This document shows, piece after piece, positions 10,016 to 19,907 of a stretch of DNA of 64,000 nt. The translations under genes and the position numbers were made by a program. Positions within the stretch are counted from its first letter, which is position 1. Each line of letters starts with the position of its first letter. Source of the DNA: an uncultured Armatimonadetes bacterium (GTDB lineage Bacteria > Armatimonadota > UBA5829 > DTJY01). The notes under the pieces are model-generated. The model had not been told where the DNA came from and ran no database searches. It was given only the letters and a program-made list of their open reading frames with translations. The stretch lies in assembly GCA_963717145.1 (NCBI GenBank), contig OY970325.1, positions 992,001-1,056,000 on the forward strand, given 5' to 3'.

Positions 10016-11191
10016 ATGGACCATGCAGCACTCGAACCCTCACGGATCATAATACAGATCGTCATCATCCTCTTTGCGGCGAAAGTCGTCGCCGAGATCG
10101 CGGTGCGCGGCGGCATGCCGGCGGTGCTCGGCGAGTTGCTGGCAGGAGTGATTCTTGGCGGCAGTCTGCTCGGTGTCATCAGACAGAATGAGGTGCTGAC
10201 AGTCCTGGCAGAGATCGGTGCGATCATCCTGCTCTTCGAGATCGGGCTGGAGAGCGACCTCGAGGAGTTTCTCAGGGTGGGCACATCCGCCTTCACCGTG
10301 GCTGTGATCGGCGTCATCGGCCCGTTTGCGGTCGGCTACGGGGTGGCCCTCGCTTTCGGATTGAACTCGATCACTGCGGTCTATATCGGCGCAACACTGA
10401 CGGCGACGAGTGTCGGAATCACGGCACGGACACTGGCGGATCTGGGCAGGCTTCATACAAACGAAGCGCGGATCATTCTCGGCGCCGCCGTGATCGACGA
10501 TGTGCTCGGTCTCATCATCCTTGCGGTTGTGTACGGCCTCGTGAAGACCAACTCGGTATCGTTCTGGGAGGTCAGCAAAATCACGATACTTGCAGTCGCG
10601 TTTCTGGCCGGAGCGATCGCCATCGGGATCCCTGTTGCGCCCCGTGTCATGAGTGTCGTGAAGAGGCTCCGAACGCGAGGTATACTGACCGTGAGCGCCG
10701 TCATCTTTTGCTTCGGGCTGGCATATATCGCGCACGAGCTGAGGCTGGCGACTATCGTGGGTGCATTCGCCGCCGGACTGGTGCTGGCAAAGACTGAAGA
10801 TCATGCTCACATTCAGGCGTGCATCAAGCCGGTCGCGGACATATTCATCCCCATCTTCTTTGTTATGCTCGGGGTGTCGGTTGACCTAGGCGCATTCAGC
10901 CCTGCGGGAGCCGAAGGTGGATCCCTTCTTCCGTTCACCGGTCTTCTCATCCTGGTCGCAGTGGTCATGAAGCTCTTTGCCGGCCTCGGAGTGCTGCGCC
11001 GAGGCGTCAAGAGGCTGACGGTCGGCATCGGGATGATACCGCGGGGCGAAGTCGGCCTCATATTCGCGAGCTTCGGCCTGACGAACCAGGTGATCAGTTC
11101 CGCTCTGTACTCCGCGATAGTGGCGGTGGTGTTCTTCACCACTTTCATCACCCCTCCTCTCCTCAAGTTGGCCTTCCGCAAGTCACAGTAG
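10016..11191 (+). CDS. CPA2 cation:proton antiporter
   Basis: LLFEIGLE, ATSVGITA, AAVIDDV, GMIPRGEV. Confidence 0.92.
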   Translation: MDHAALEPSRIIIQIVIILFAAKVVAEIAVRGGMPAVLGELLAGVILGGSLLGVIRQNEVLTVLAEIGAIILLFEIGLESDLEEFLRVGTSAFTVAVIGVIGPFAVGYGVALAFGLNSITAVYIGATLTATSVGITARTLADLGRLHTNEARIILGAAVIDDVLGLIILAVVYGLVKTNSVSFWEVSKITILAVAFLAGAIAIGIPVAPRVMSVVKRLRTRGILTVSAVIFCFGLAYIAHELRLATIVGAFAAGLVLAKTEDHAHIQACIKPVADIFIPIFFVMLGVSVDLGAFSPAGAEGGSLLPFTGLLILVAVVMKLFAGLGVLRRGVKRLTVGIGMIPRGEVGLIFASFGLTNQVISSALYSAIVAVVFFTTFITPPLLKLAFRKSQ

Positions 11192-11366
11192 GGGCGCGTT
11201 TCCACGCCCGCCCGGCTCCAATCCTACGCTCCAGTGCTGGCATCAAGCGCTCATGTCCACACCAGGTTGGCCGTATGAAGCCCAATCTGCGGTTTTCCGA
11301 TCGAAACACGGGCAATATGGAGTAAATCAGGTGTGTTTACTAGGTGACAATCCGTTAACATATATG

Positions 11367-11395
11367 TTGACAAACTCAGCCGCCCGTGCTATAGT
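11367..11395 (+). promoter_or_regulatory. Sigma70-type promoter
   Basis: TTGACA-17 bp-TATAGT with extended TGn. Confidence 0.7.
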
Positions 11396-11517
11396 AAAGG
11401 TAGGATGAGCGAACAACCACTCACCCGATCCGCTGAATCTGGATGGAGGCCGGAAACGGCGGATGGATGCTGCTCGGGGCCTCAGCATTCCAGTGCATGT
11501 TGAAGGGGGGTTCTACG

Positions 11518-12324
11518 ATGCAGCATAGATCTTTATGCTCGCTAGTCTGCCTTCTTACGGTTGGCTTCACAACGCAAGCCAACTCCTCCAACGACGTGTC
11601 CTTTCGCAGGCAGTCGGTACAGGGAGTGACCGCCAATGTCGTGGTCGCTAACCTGAACCGGCCGAACGTCAAAGTCAGTCCGGCTTTGGCGGAGCATGGA
11701 GTCGGGACCTCTGAAGGGTTCGGCTCGATGCTCTGTCGATTGCAGCCCGCGGCTGCAATAACCGGCACATTCTTCTGCGTAAACAGCCTCATACCTGTCG
11801 GAGACTTAGTCATCGATGGCAACGTGCTGAGCTTCGGATGCGTCGGCACAGCCATATGTTTCACTGCTGACAACCGGATCGAGTTTAGATCGACCAGGGA
11901 TGGTCGAGGCGAAAAGTGGTCCAAGTATGCATCCGTCATTTGCGGCGGCCCGAGACTCGTTCGCGAGGGCGTGGTCTGGGTCAACCCGAGATCTGAGGGG
12001 TTCAACGACCCCGGTTTCTTCCGGCCGGCCAGACGGTCCGCGATCGGCGTGACCAAGGAGAACAAGCTCCTGCTGGTCACGGTCAACAAGGCGATCTATC
12101 TCAGCCACATGGCCAGGGTCATGAGAGACCTCGGCGCGATCGATGCCATGAACCTCGACGGCGGGAGTTCGACCGGCCTTGCCTTTGGAAGCATTGTGCC
12201 GAGCCATCCCGGACGCCGGCTGACGAACCTCATCGTGGTGTACGACTCCCCGCAGAAGTATGCGCGGGTGAAGCCCATACTGAACCCACAGCCGGTGATT
12301 GCCAGTACATCGTCAAGATCATAG
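11518..12324 (+). CDS. Secreted phosphodiester glycosidase (NAGPA-like) family protein
   Basis: Signal peptide; GGPRLV, RSAIGVT, AMNLDGGSS. Confidence 0.85.
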   Translation: MQHRSLCSLVCLLTVGFTTQANSSNDVSFRRQSVQGVTANVVVANLNRPNVKVSPALAEHGVGTSEGFGSMLCRLQPAAAITGTFFCVNSLIPVGDLVIDGNVLSFGCVGTAICFTADNRIEFRSTRDGRGEKWSKYASVICGGPRLVREGVVWVNPRSEGFNDPGFFRPARRSAIGVTKENKLLLVTVNKAIYLSHMARVMRDLGAIDAMNLDGGSSTGLAFGSIVPSHPGRRLTNLIVVYDSPQKYARVKPILNPQPVIASTSSRS

Positions 12325-12409
12325 TAGGGGAAAGAGATGAAAACGGGGGAGTGGAGAACGGTCAGAGAACCGATCCCACTCCCCCAGTCAATATAGCAAC
12401 TGGACAGAA

Positions 12410-12446
12410 AAAGGCAGCCCGCTCGCGAGGGGGCTGCCTTTCGTTT
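12410..12446. terminator. Probable bidirectional intrinsic terminator
   Basis: AAAGGCAGCCC..GGGCTGCCTTT stem with A and T tracts between convergent genes. Confidence 0.7.
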
Positions 12447-12467
12447 GTAGTGTAGATGACATCCGGA

Positions 12468-13784
12468 CTAGCCGGCGTACATCTTCATCTTCGCCTCATC
12501 GAACATCATCATTTTGTTCTCGCGATAGGACTTCTCCGCCATGCTGACGATTGTCTGCACGCGGACGCCCAGTTCGATCGGGCAGTTCGGCTGCTTGTTG
12601 TTCCGAATGCAGTCGAACATGTTCTTGTGATGCTCCTGGTGGCTCTCTCCGGAACCCTTGCGCGGCTCCGACCACTCTTCGATCTCATCGACGTAAGGCC
12701 TCTCGGGCTTCACGGTGAAGGCGTTGTCGATGTACATGGTCGCCTTGTTGAAGCGGAGCACGTCCTGAAGGCCCTGTTCGTTCACCGAGGAACCGGCGAG
12801 GTAGATCATCGGGCCGCTCGGGAACTCGACCATCACCATAGTGGCGTCGGCGACTTCTCTCTCGGGAGCGGTGCCGAGGTCGCTGTGGGTCAGATTCCCA
12901 CCGATGCAGGCGACGCGCTTCGGGAACTCCTTCATGTCCATCGCGATCATGAGCGGATGGAGGCGGTGAGGCCACAGGTCGCCGATGATTCCCGTGCCGT
13001 AGTCCCAATACTTCCTCCAGCGGAAGAAGCGATCGGGGTTCCAGGGGATCTTGGGGGCGTTTCCGAGCCACATCTTCCAGTCGACGGTCTTCTCGTTGGC
13101 GTCCGGGTCGATGTTGTAATAGTTCCACTCGCCTGTGGGAGTGTTGCGGCAGTAGCTTCCCTGCGCCCAGAGGAGCTTGCCGATCTTGCCATCCTTGACG
13201 ACCTGTCCGGCCTGATGCCAGCGCACGTCGGAGCATCCCTGCGAGCCGACCTGCACGAGCTTCTTGGTGCTCTTGGCGGTGTCCCACATCTTCATGGCGT
13301 CTTCGAGGCTGCGTGTCATCGGCTTCTCGACATATACGTGCCTGCCCGACTGCATGGCGTCGCACGAAATCTGTCCGTGCCAGTGGTCGGGAGTGGCGAT
13401 GACCACCTCGTCGATGTCCTTGCGCTCCAGGAGCTTGCGGTAGTCGCCGTAGACGTCGGCATCGGCGACGCCGGCGGACTTCTGTCCTCTGGCCCTGTGA
13501 TTGGTGAAGACATCGCAGACCGCGACGACCTTGATGTTCTGGTCCTGCTCCAGGGACTTCAGGGTACCGACGTGGCCGTTACCCATGCCGCCGATCCCGA
13601 TCACGGCGACGTTGATCCTGTCATTTGCGCCGATGACTCTCCCCGGCGCGGGGGCTACTCCGGCTGCGGCTGCCAATACCCGGTCGCTGAGGAACGAACC
13701 TGCGACCATTCCGGCGGCGGTCATGCCGGCGGACCTCATGAACTGTCGGCGGGATAGACCCTTGCTGTCCTTCTGCTCTTCCAT
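12468..13784 (-). CDS. Tat-exported Gfo/Idh/MocA oxidoreductase
   Basis: SRRQFM twin-arginine; IGIGGMG, IATPDHWH, YVEKP. Confidence 0.92.
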   Translation of the reverse strand: MEEQKDSKGLSRRQFMRSAGMTAAGMVAGSFLSDRVLAAAAGVAPAPGRVIGANDRINVAVIGIGGMGNGHVGTLKSLEQDQNIKVVAVCDVFTNHRARGQKSAGVADADVYGDYRKLLERKDIDEVVIATPDHWHGQISCDAMQSGRHVYVEKPMTRSLEDAMKMWDTAKSTKKLVQVGSQGCSDVRWHQAGQVVKDGKIGKLLWAQGSYCRNTPTGEWNYYNIDPDANEKTVDWKMWLGNAPKIPWNPDRFFRWRKYWDYGTGIIGDLWPHRLHPLMIAMDMKEFPKRVACIGGNLTHSDLGTAPEREVADATMVMVEFPSGPMIYLAGSSVNEQGLQDVLRFNKATMYIDNAFTVKPERPYVDEIEEWSEPRKGSGESHQEHHKNMFDCIRNNKQPNCPIELGVRVQTIVSMAEKSYRENKMMMFDEAKMKMYAG

Positions 13785-13805
13785 GTACCTGACGCTCCTT
13801 AGATG

Positions 13806-15068
13806 CTATTTTAGCTCGAACAGACTACTCTCGAGAGCGATTTTGCTCCCGGCGTTTATAGCCTCGTTGGCCTTGACTGCCACGACCGCGGCCTGGTATG
13901 CCTCCACGGGACCGCAATTGGACTTCACATTCTCACGAATGCTCCTGGTAAAGTTCTCCAGCGCGTAGAAGATTGCCTCCTTCTCGGGCGGAGGCTCTAC
14001 TTCTTTTCCGTGCTCCTGGCCCGCACCCAGTATCTTGGTGGCGTTCGCGACGAGGCAGATGCAGGACTCATCCATCTGATCTTCCTTGCGCGCGTAGACC
14101 TCCCAGCCGAGAACGGGGGCGTCGTCCTCCTTGACCATCCAGGCGCGCGTGTCTCTCAGCAGGAGCGAGGAGCTGCTGCCCTCGAACACGGCATACGTGT
14201 TGCTGAACGAACTGGTGAGAGTGGCGAAGAAGACCATGTTCACGCCGTTCGGGTATTCTATGATGCACTGGACGGTGTCGGGCACGTCGCGCCCGTCGTT
14301 CCATGCGGTGATCGATCCGAATCCGCTCACCGCCGTCGGCAACCCCTTGAGGACCCAGTTGGCCAGATCAAGATGATGGACGCCGATCTCGCCGACGAGA
14401 CCGGTCGAGGTCGCCTTCGAGATCCTCCAGTTCAGCTCGGCCTCCCGCTGGGGAGTCGGGGCCATTCGCCGCCAACTCGTCTTCTTGTTCCACTGAGCGA
14501 CCGCCTGCGAAGGAGTGCCGAGCGCGCCGGCCCGGACGAACTTCAGGACGTGGTTGTACAGCGGGTTCGACCGCCCCTGGAGACCTGCCTGGAAGACCTG
14601 CTTCGATCCCTGGGCCGCAAGTCCGATCGCCCTTGCATCCTCGATGCTCCCCGCGATCGGGGCCTCGCAGTACACGTGCTTTCCGGCCTGAAGTGCGGCG
14701 ACGACGATATCCTTGTGCTGGTGAGTCGGCGTGGCAACGACGACACATTCGACGTCGGAGGACGCCAGAAGCTGAGTGTAGTCAGCAAATGTGGCCGCGT
14801 TCGGAGCGATCTCCTTCCCCTTCTTGAGATATGGCTCGTAGGTATCGCAGATGGCCGCCACCTGCGCCGAGGGGATCGTGCCCAGGGTGGTGACGATCTC
14901 CTTGCCCCAGAGACCGAGGCCGATGACTCCGAACTTCACCGGTGGCCCTGTGACCGGCGGCGCTTCGCCCTCCTCGGCTGCAATGAGCTTATCCGTGGCC
15001 ATCAGGAGCGCCACGGTAGCGGCGGCTCCCTTGAGGAAGTCGCGCCGATCGATGCTTCCATTATTCAT
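13806..15068 (-). CDS. Tat-exported Gfo/Idh/MocA oxidoreductase
   Basis: DRRDFLK twin-arginine; [20 protein letters not shown] (variant of EKP). Confidence 0.9.
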   Translation of the reverse strand: MNNGSIDRRDFLKGAAATVALLMATDKLIAAEEGEAPPVTGPPVKFGVIGLGLWGKEIVTTLGTIPSAQVAAICDTYEPYLKKGKEIAPNAATFADYTQLLASSDVECVVVATPTHQHKDIVVAALQAGKHVYCEAPIAGSIEDARAIGLAAQGSKQVFQAGLQGRSNPLYNHVLKFVRAGALGTPSQAVAQWNKKTSWRRMAPTPQREAELNWRISKATSTGLVGEIGVHHLDLANWVLKGLPTAVSGFGSITAWNDGRDVPDTVQCIIEYPNGVNMVFFATLTSSFSNTYAVFEGSSSSLLLRDTRAWMVKEDDAPVLGWEVYARKEDQMDESCICLVANATKILGAGQEHGKEVEPPPEKEAIFYALENFTRSIRENVKSNCGPVEAYQAAVVAVKANEAINAGSKIALESSLFELK

Positions 15069-15164
15069 AGGGTTACTCCTTATATCGCGAGCGGTCCGCG
15101 TGCACGAACCCACTCTCATCCTTATATACGACGCAAACCGCCGTCATGTTTTCCGGATGTCTTT

Positions 15165-16526
15165 CTACCTCCCCGGCAGGGGCTTGATCCTTATGTTTCG
15201 GTATGCGACCGGGCTGTGGTCGCCCTGAACCATGATCGGGCCAGGGACGTCCATCTTGTCGTCGATCGCCCCGCCGGTGACACTTGCCAGAGTCTGATTG
15301 TCGACGATCTTGACGCCGTTCAGGATCACGGTGATGCTGTTGCCGATGATGGTCGCCTCAACGGTTTGCCACTCGCCCACGGGTCGGCTGGCGAACGAAC
15401 TCGGGGTGATCAGCCCGTAGACCGAGCCGTTCCCATGGACATCAGGCTTCTTCGTATCGAAGTCGTCAAGCACCTGGATCTCATACCGCCCGCGGAGATA
15501 GAGGCCGCTGTTCCCACCCTTCGGGACCTGGTACTCATATCGGATCGTGAAGTTGCGGTACTGCGCGTCGGTAATAAGGTCAGCCCCGCCCTTGCCCACG
15601 ACGAGCATCCCGTTCTGAGCGGTCCACGGGCTCGCCCCCTCGTGGCGCGGATGCCATCCCTTGAGAGTGACGCCGTCGAAGAGCGGGCGGAATCCCTGGC
15701 GCTTTTCGGTGGCGCTTACGGGCTTGGGCTTCACAGGATTTCCGTTGCCCCTCTCGAGGCCGAGAGCCCATCGGATGCCGCCCATGAGATGCTTGTGGTA
15801 CAGGTCACCCTCCATCAGGTCCTCGCGATGGCCGAGCGCGGTGTAGAATACCCGGCCTTTGCCCTCATTGCGACACCATGCGATAGGATAGTCGCCCGGT
15901 TCGCCACTGTTCGGGTGCTGGTAGAGGGTGATCAACCCGTGCATTTTTTCACGAGAGAAGTCCTTGAACTGGTAGACTTCCTCCAGTACCTTGAACTGCG
16001 CGGGAAGGTCCTTGGTCGCGGGATGATTGCGGTCTTCCACCACGCACATGACTTCAGACTGCGCGCCATGACCGATAAACTGAGCGCCGACCATGCTGAT
16101 GTACTCTTTCCATCCGGGCTTGTCGCCAACATCGCGGAAGGAATCGGTGGCTGCATGGATGCCGATGTAGCCCTTGCCGTTGCGGACGAAATCGAGAAAC
16201 GCCTGCTTGTCGGGTAGCGGAAGATCGCCGCTCGTGTTGTTGAAGACGACGGCATCGTACTTCTTCAGGCCATCCGCAGTCATCTTCTGGGCCATCTCTT
16301 CGTCGGTGCGGACATAGTCCACATCCCACTGGCCGGTCTTGTCACCCAGGTCCTTGATGATCTTCTCGCCCGTGGGGATCGAGGAGTGGTGGAAGCCTTT
16401 GGTCAGCGAGACGACCAGCAGTTGCTTCTTTGCCGTCGCCGCCTGCAGGGAAGAAACGGCGAAAACTGCGGTCGCGCAAATCACGACCAGCATCGTCCGC
16501 GCGCAGGATGCGGTATACCTTCTCAA
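15165..16526 (-). CDS. Secreted ThuA-like plus DUF1080 (3-keto-disaccharide hydrolase-like) protein
   Basis: GFHHSSIP, IGIHAATD, GRVFYTALGH, then LFDGVTLKGW, NSGLYLRG.YEIQV, QGDH..VAYRNI. Confidence 0.88.
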   Translation of the reverse strand: MRRYTASCARTMLVVICATAVFAVSSLQAATAKKQLLVVSLTKGFHHSSIPTGEKIIKDLGDKTGQWDVDYVRTDEEMAQKMTADGLKKYDAVVFNNTSGDLPLPDKQAFLDFVRNGKGYIGIHAATDSFRDVGDKPGWKEYISMVGAQFIGHGAQSEVMCVVEDRNHPATKDLPAQFKVLEEVYQFKDFSREKMHGLITLYQHPNSGEPGDYPIAWCRNEGKGRVFYTALGHREDLMEGDLYHKHLMGGIRWALGLERGNGNPVKPKPVSATEKRQGFRPLFDGVTLKGWHPRHEGASPWTAQNGMLVVGKGGADLITDAQYRNFTIRYEYQVPKGGNSGLYLRGRYEIQVLDDFDTKKPDVHGNGSVYGLITPSSFASRPVGEWQTVEATIIGNSITVILNGVKIVDNQTLASVTGGAIDDKMDVPGPIMVQGDHSPVAYRNIRIKPLPGR

Positions 16527-16690
16527 GTCCTTACCTCCGATATGATGGATGATACATTGTAACGCGTTTGCCAGGCGGGTTCAACTGCACCTGACGCACG
16601 CCTCCTTCCTATAGTTCCATCCGCCCGCAGTATCTCCTTCCTATGGGCATGAACACTGCATGGCAGACGAAAAATTCTCGGTTCACCTAC

Positions 16691-16719
16691 TTGACAATAG
16701 TAAAGTGAGGTTGTAAAAT
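16691..16719 (+). promoter_or_regulatory. Sigma70-type promoter of the csp gene
   Basis: TTGACA-17 bp-TAAAAT. Confidence 0.72.
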
Positions 16720-16774
16720 GTCACAGTGACGATCTACCGGTAGCTCGGCTATCGGCAAGGAGGTAAGACGTAGC

Positions 16775-16975
16775 ATGCCTACAGGTAAGGTAAAATGGTT
16801 CAGCGACTCGAAAGGTTACGGCTTCATCGAGAGCGAGGATGGCAAGGATGTATTCGTGCATTTCTCAGCCATCCAGTCGGAAGGTTATAAGAGCCTCGCA
16901 GAAGGCCAGCAGGTGGAGTTCGAGATCGTTGACGGCGCAAAGGGACCGCAGGCTTCGAACGTCCTGGTAATGTAG
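16775..16975 (+). CDS. cspA: Cold-shock protein
   Basis: [25 protein letters not shown]; strong AAGGAGGT RBS. Confidence 0.95.
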   Translation: MPTGKVKWFSDSKGYGFIESEDGKDVFVHFSAIQSEGYKSLAEGQQVEFEIVDGAKGPQASNVLVM

Positions 16976-17138
16976 GGATACCGACGCTCCGGGGGAAAAT
17001 GGCACCCCGCGGACGGAGAACTTCCCTCAAACAAACAGCGGAATGGCAGAATCCTTACCATGTCGTACAAGGGAGGTCGGCATGGTGGGGATTCCGTCAT
17101 TTATGGCAGGAATGCAAGACCTCCTAGCATTATCGGTG

Positions 17139-18704
17139 TCAGTTCGCCTGTCTCTGCAGGAACTTGGACAGTACGACCCGAGCCACAGCAAGGTCTCCGC
17201 TCGGACTCACCAGCCGGAAATCAGACCCCCCGTTTTGCCGATCTTCGAACGCGATGCCCTCCAGTACGAAGGTCTTCGTCTTCCATGCCTGAGTGCCGCC
17301 AAGCTTCACGACTTCCGGGCTCTCCTGGTATGCGTCTTCCGCCGAATCGTATTGCAGCGTGAAGGATCCCTCGAGATCGTCAAAATACGTCACAGCTACG
17401 TAGGTGACGCCAGTCGCGGGGATATTCGGACTGGCAGCGAAGTACATATACCGCTCAATGCCGATCGAGTTCGCCACCGTGACCCGACACGCCCGCCCGC
17501 CCTTCGTCGCCGAAGTCACCAGTCCGTCGCCATAGTTGTTGAGCCACAGAGCGGCTCCCCTCGTCGTTGATCCGAGATCGAGCGACGCCTCCATTACGGA
17601 GCGCAGACGAACGAGGTGCTCGTCGAGCTTCATGACGACAGTGAGTGCCCGATAGGATGCCGTACTCGGCTCGGGGAGGTATGCGATCCTGAAGCGGCCA
17701 CTCCCATTGACCATATCCACTGACCGGCTTGAAGGACTGATCGTGAGGTCGGTCTTGAGCCACGGGTAGACCGATATGCCCTTCATCTCACGGCCGGGAA
17801 ACATTGACGTGAGGCTGATCTCGGCATCGATACTGCTCTCATATGCCTTAGTGATTCTCAAGGTCGGCACGAACGGATCCGCCAGCTTCGCCTCGAACGG
17901 GTAGTCGATCGTGAATCCGCGGCCCGAGTAGTCGAATGTGAGGGACGCGATCACAGGGAAGACGGGGGCTCTGAGTTCACTCCGGCCCGGCGCTCGGACC
18001 GTATGAGTGCAGGTGGCCGAAGCTCTTGCGGGCAGAGAGGCGACTCTGCTCCCTGAACCGGGCTTCACGGACCACTCGTCAGGAGCCATCAGGCCGAATC
18101 TGAGGTTCGTGAGCCGCTCGGAAGAATGCTCCACTGTGCTTGTTACCTTGAAGTCACCGCCCGCATATACCCGATAGTCGCCGCCTTCCGAGGATGCATA
18201 CTCCATCCTCGCGCTCAACTCCAGGCCGAGGAGCGCCTGAAGGGCTTCGACCGCCAGTCGCCTCGAGTGCCGATCCGCCTGCTCATCAGCAGTTTTGGAC
18301 GCCAGCGCCTCGAGCTTCCGGGACTTCGAGAGTCCCTGAGGTGCGACTCCGCATACTTCCCTGAGCACTCGGTCAACGAAGCCGTCGGTCGGATAGATAA
18401 CATACTCGGCCATCGGTGTGGCAGCGAAGGTCATCGTTCCGCGTGAGATCGACGGGTAGACTCTCCGCAGATGCCTGTCCTCCCGGCCCAGTTCGAAAAC
18501 GACGGGTCGGAGAATGTCAAGGCCGGATACCTCGAGCTTGCCATATCGAGCATCGAGGTTGCTGACCCGGAACCCGCCGTCATCCATGGGAGCGATCGAA
18601 CAGATGAGTTTGTCCGGGGAGTCGATGCTCGGCGTTGCCCCAAATGCCGATGTGGCCATAAGGACAACCAATGCCGCCAGAATAATTATCCTGCTATTCC
18701 GCAA
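17139..18704 (-). CDS. Secreted hypothetical protein with probable carbohydrate-binding-type beta domains
   Basis: Long ORF; signal peptide after TTG 18704 with AGGAG; C-terminal VTYFD..FTLQYDS..DFRL segment. Confidence 0.6.
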   Translation of the reverse strand: MRNSRIIILAALVVLMATSAFGATPSIDSPDKLICSIAPMDDGGFRVSNLDARYGKLEVSGLDILRPVVFELGREDRHLRRVYPSISRGTMTFAATPMAEYVIYPTDGFVDRVLREVCGVAPQGLSKSRKLEALASKTADEQADRHSRRLAVEALQALLGLELSARMEYASSEGGDYRVYAGGDFKVTSTVEHSSERLTNLRFGLMAPDEWSVKPGSGSRVASLPARASATCTHTVRAPGRSELRAPVFPVIASLTFDYSGRGFTIDYPFEAKLADPFVPTLRITKAYESSIDAEISLTSMFPGREMKGISVYPWLKTDLTISPSSRSVDMVNGSGRFRIAYLPEPSTASYRALTVVMKLDEHLVRLRSVMEASLDLGSTTRGAALWLNNYGDGLVTSATKGGRACRVTVANSIGIERYMYFAASPNIPATGVTYVAVTYFDDLEGSFTLQYDSAEDAYQESPEVVKLGGTQAWKTKTFVLEGIAFEDRQNGGSDFRLVSPSGDLAVARVVLSKFLQRQAN

Positions 18705-19641
18705 TTGGGTACTCCTGAGCCAGGCCGGCCATGCCCGCATCGATCTCCACCAGCAGGGCCTCATGGAGGGCCGGGTTCGATGTCGCCAGAATCGACTGAA
18801 CGTTGGCTTCCGATGTATCGAGCAGCCGAATCGGCCCGAGATCGTTCCCGAATGCGTCCGTAACGGTGCATCCCGCCGACTGCGCGATCAGGGCCGCAGC
18901 GGCGATATCGTAGGTGAACAGGCCTATCACCGTGCCGTGGCCTGCATCCATGAACTTCGGTTTGGCATCAGGACGCTCTCGGAAGATGCGGTTGCCGACA
19001 TCGATCACAGCGTTGAGCTGCCCCGTGACCAGGCGGGTCAACGAATATGCGGTGCTGTTATAGATGAAGAGACCGCCGCGAACCGACGACTGATCGATCA
19101 AGCTTGCGACCGATCCGAACACCATCTCCGCCGGTCGTCCGACGATCTCGAGGCTCCAGGCCATCTTGTCCAGATCGGTGTTCGGCGATAGAGTGATCGG
19201 CATCTCGCGGCCATCTTCGCGGATGGACACCGAGTCCCTGGTAGCGGTATACAGCCGGTCAGTCTTGATATCGAGGATGCAGCCGAACGAGACGTCCGCG
19301 AGCCGCACGTCGCGGTCATATGGAGCCAGCGCGACCGAGACCACGCACTGCTCGAAACCTGCCATCGCGGGCCGAGTGCCGTCTATCGGATCGACGATCA
19401 GCACGTGCTCAGGTCTCCCGAAATCGACGAGCCCTCGGTCCTCCGAGTAGTATGCGATGTCGAGTTTGCGACTCTCGATGAACTCGGTGATTGCTCGCTC
19501 AGCGACCTCGTCGATGGCAAAGGACTCATCGCCGCTGTGGGCCTTCCCGAGGGTCTGTCTGGACGATAGCTGGCCGAGATGAGGGCGGACCTTGCTACGG
19601 ATTGCGTAGGCCAACTCGACCATTGACTGTGTAATCTCCAT
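18694..19641 (-). CDS. Inositol monophosphatase/FBPase family protein
   Basis: SEDRG..IVDPIDGT, YDIAAAALI; start moved to ATG 19641 because the upstream extension reads through a MITE. Confidence 0.85.
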   Translation of the reverse strand: MEITQSMVELAYAIRSKVRPHLGQLSSRQTLGKAHSGDESFAIDEVAERAITEFIESRKLDIAYYSEDRGLVDFGRPEHVLIVDPIDGTRPAMAGFEQCVVSVALAPYDRDVRLADVSFGCILDIKTDRLYTATRDSVSIREDGREMPITLSPNTDLDKMAWSLEIVGRPAEMVFGSVASLIDQSSVRGGLFIYNSTAYSLTRLVTGQLNAVIDVGNRIFRERPDAKPKFMDAGHGTVIGLFTYDIAAAALIAQSAGCTVTDAFGNDLGPIRLLDTSEANVQSILATSNPALHEALLVEIDAGMAGLAQEYPIAE

Positions 19642-19648
19642 GTGTGCG

Positions 19649-19677
19649 AGTATACCCGCGCACCTGAGCAGTGTCAA
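19649..19677 (-). promoter_or_regulatory. Sigma70-type promoter, probably leaderless
   Basis: TTGACA-17 bp-TATACT, then 7 nt to ATG; no RBS. Confidence 0.7.
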
Positions 19678-19679
19678 GG

Positions 19680-19833
19680 CAGGGCGAACGCATCTTATCA
19701 AGAACAGTGTAGGAGGGATTTGCCGGGATGGCTTGTGCCCGGTAATCCCGAACGCGACATATCGACTTTCGGGATTACCGGGCACAAGCCATCCCGGCAA
19801 ATCCCTCCTACGGAATTAGATGCGTTCGCCCTG
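19680..19833. mobile_element. 154-bp MITE with ISAs1-like ends and a 10-bp target duplication
   Basis: Perfect 16-bp TIR CAGGGCGAACGCATCT; AGTGTCAAGG on both flanks (19670-19679, 19834-19843); internal 44-bp perfect GTAG...CTAC hairpin. Confidence 0.85.
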
Positions 19834-19907
19834 AGTGTCAAGGCACGCCCATTCCCCCGTTCTGCCATTCATGCTATAATCAGCCTTGTCATTTCAAGGA
19901 GGAGATC

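Noticed and set aside
14010-16217. Long antisense ORFs (also 2601-3857, 12456-13757, 36786-38225, 62767-63870)
   Set aside because: Shadows of well-supported opposite-strand genes, expected at high GC; no motifs
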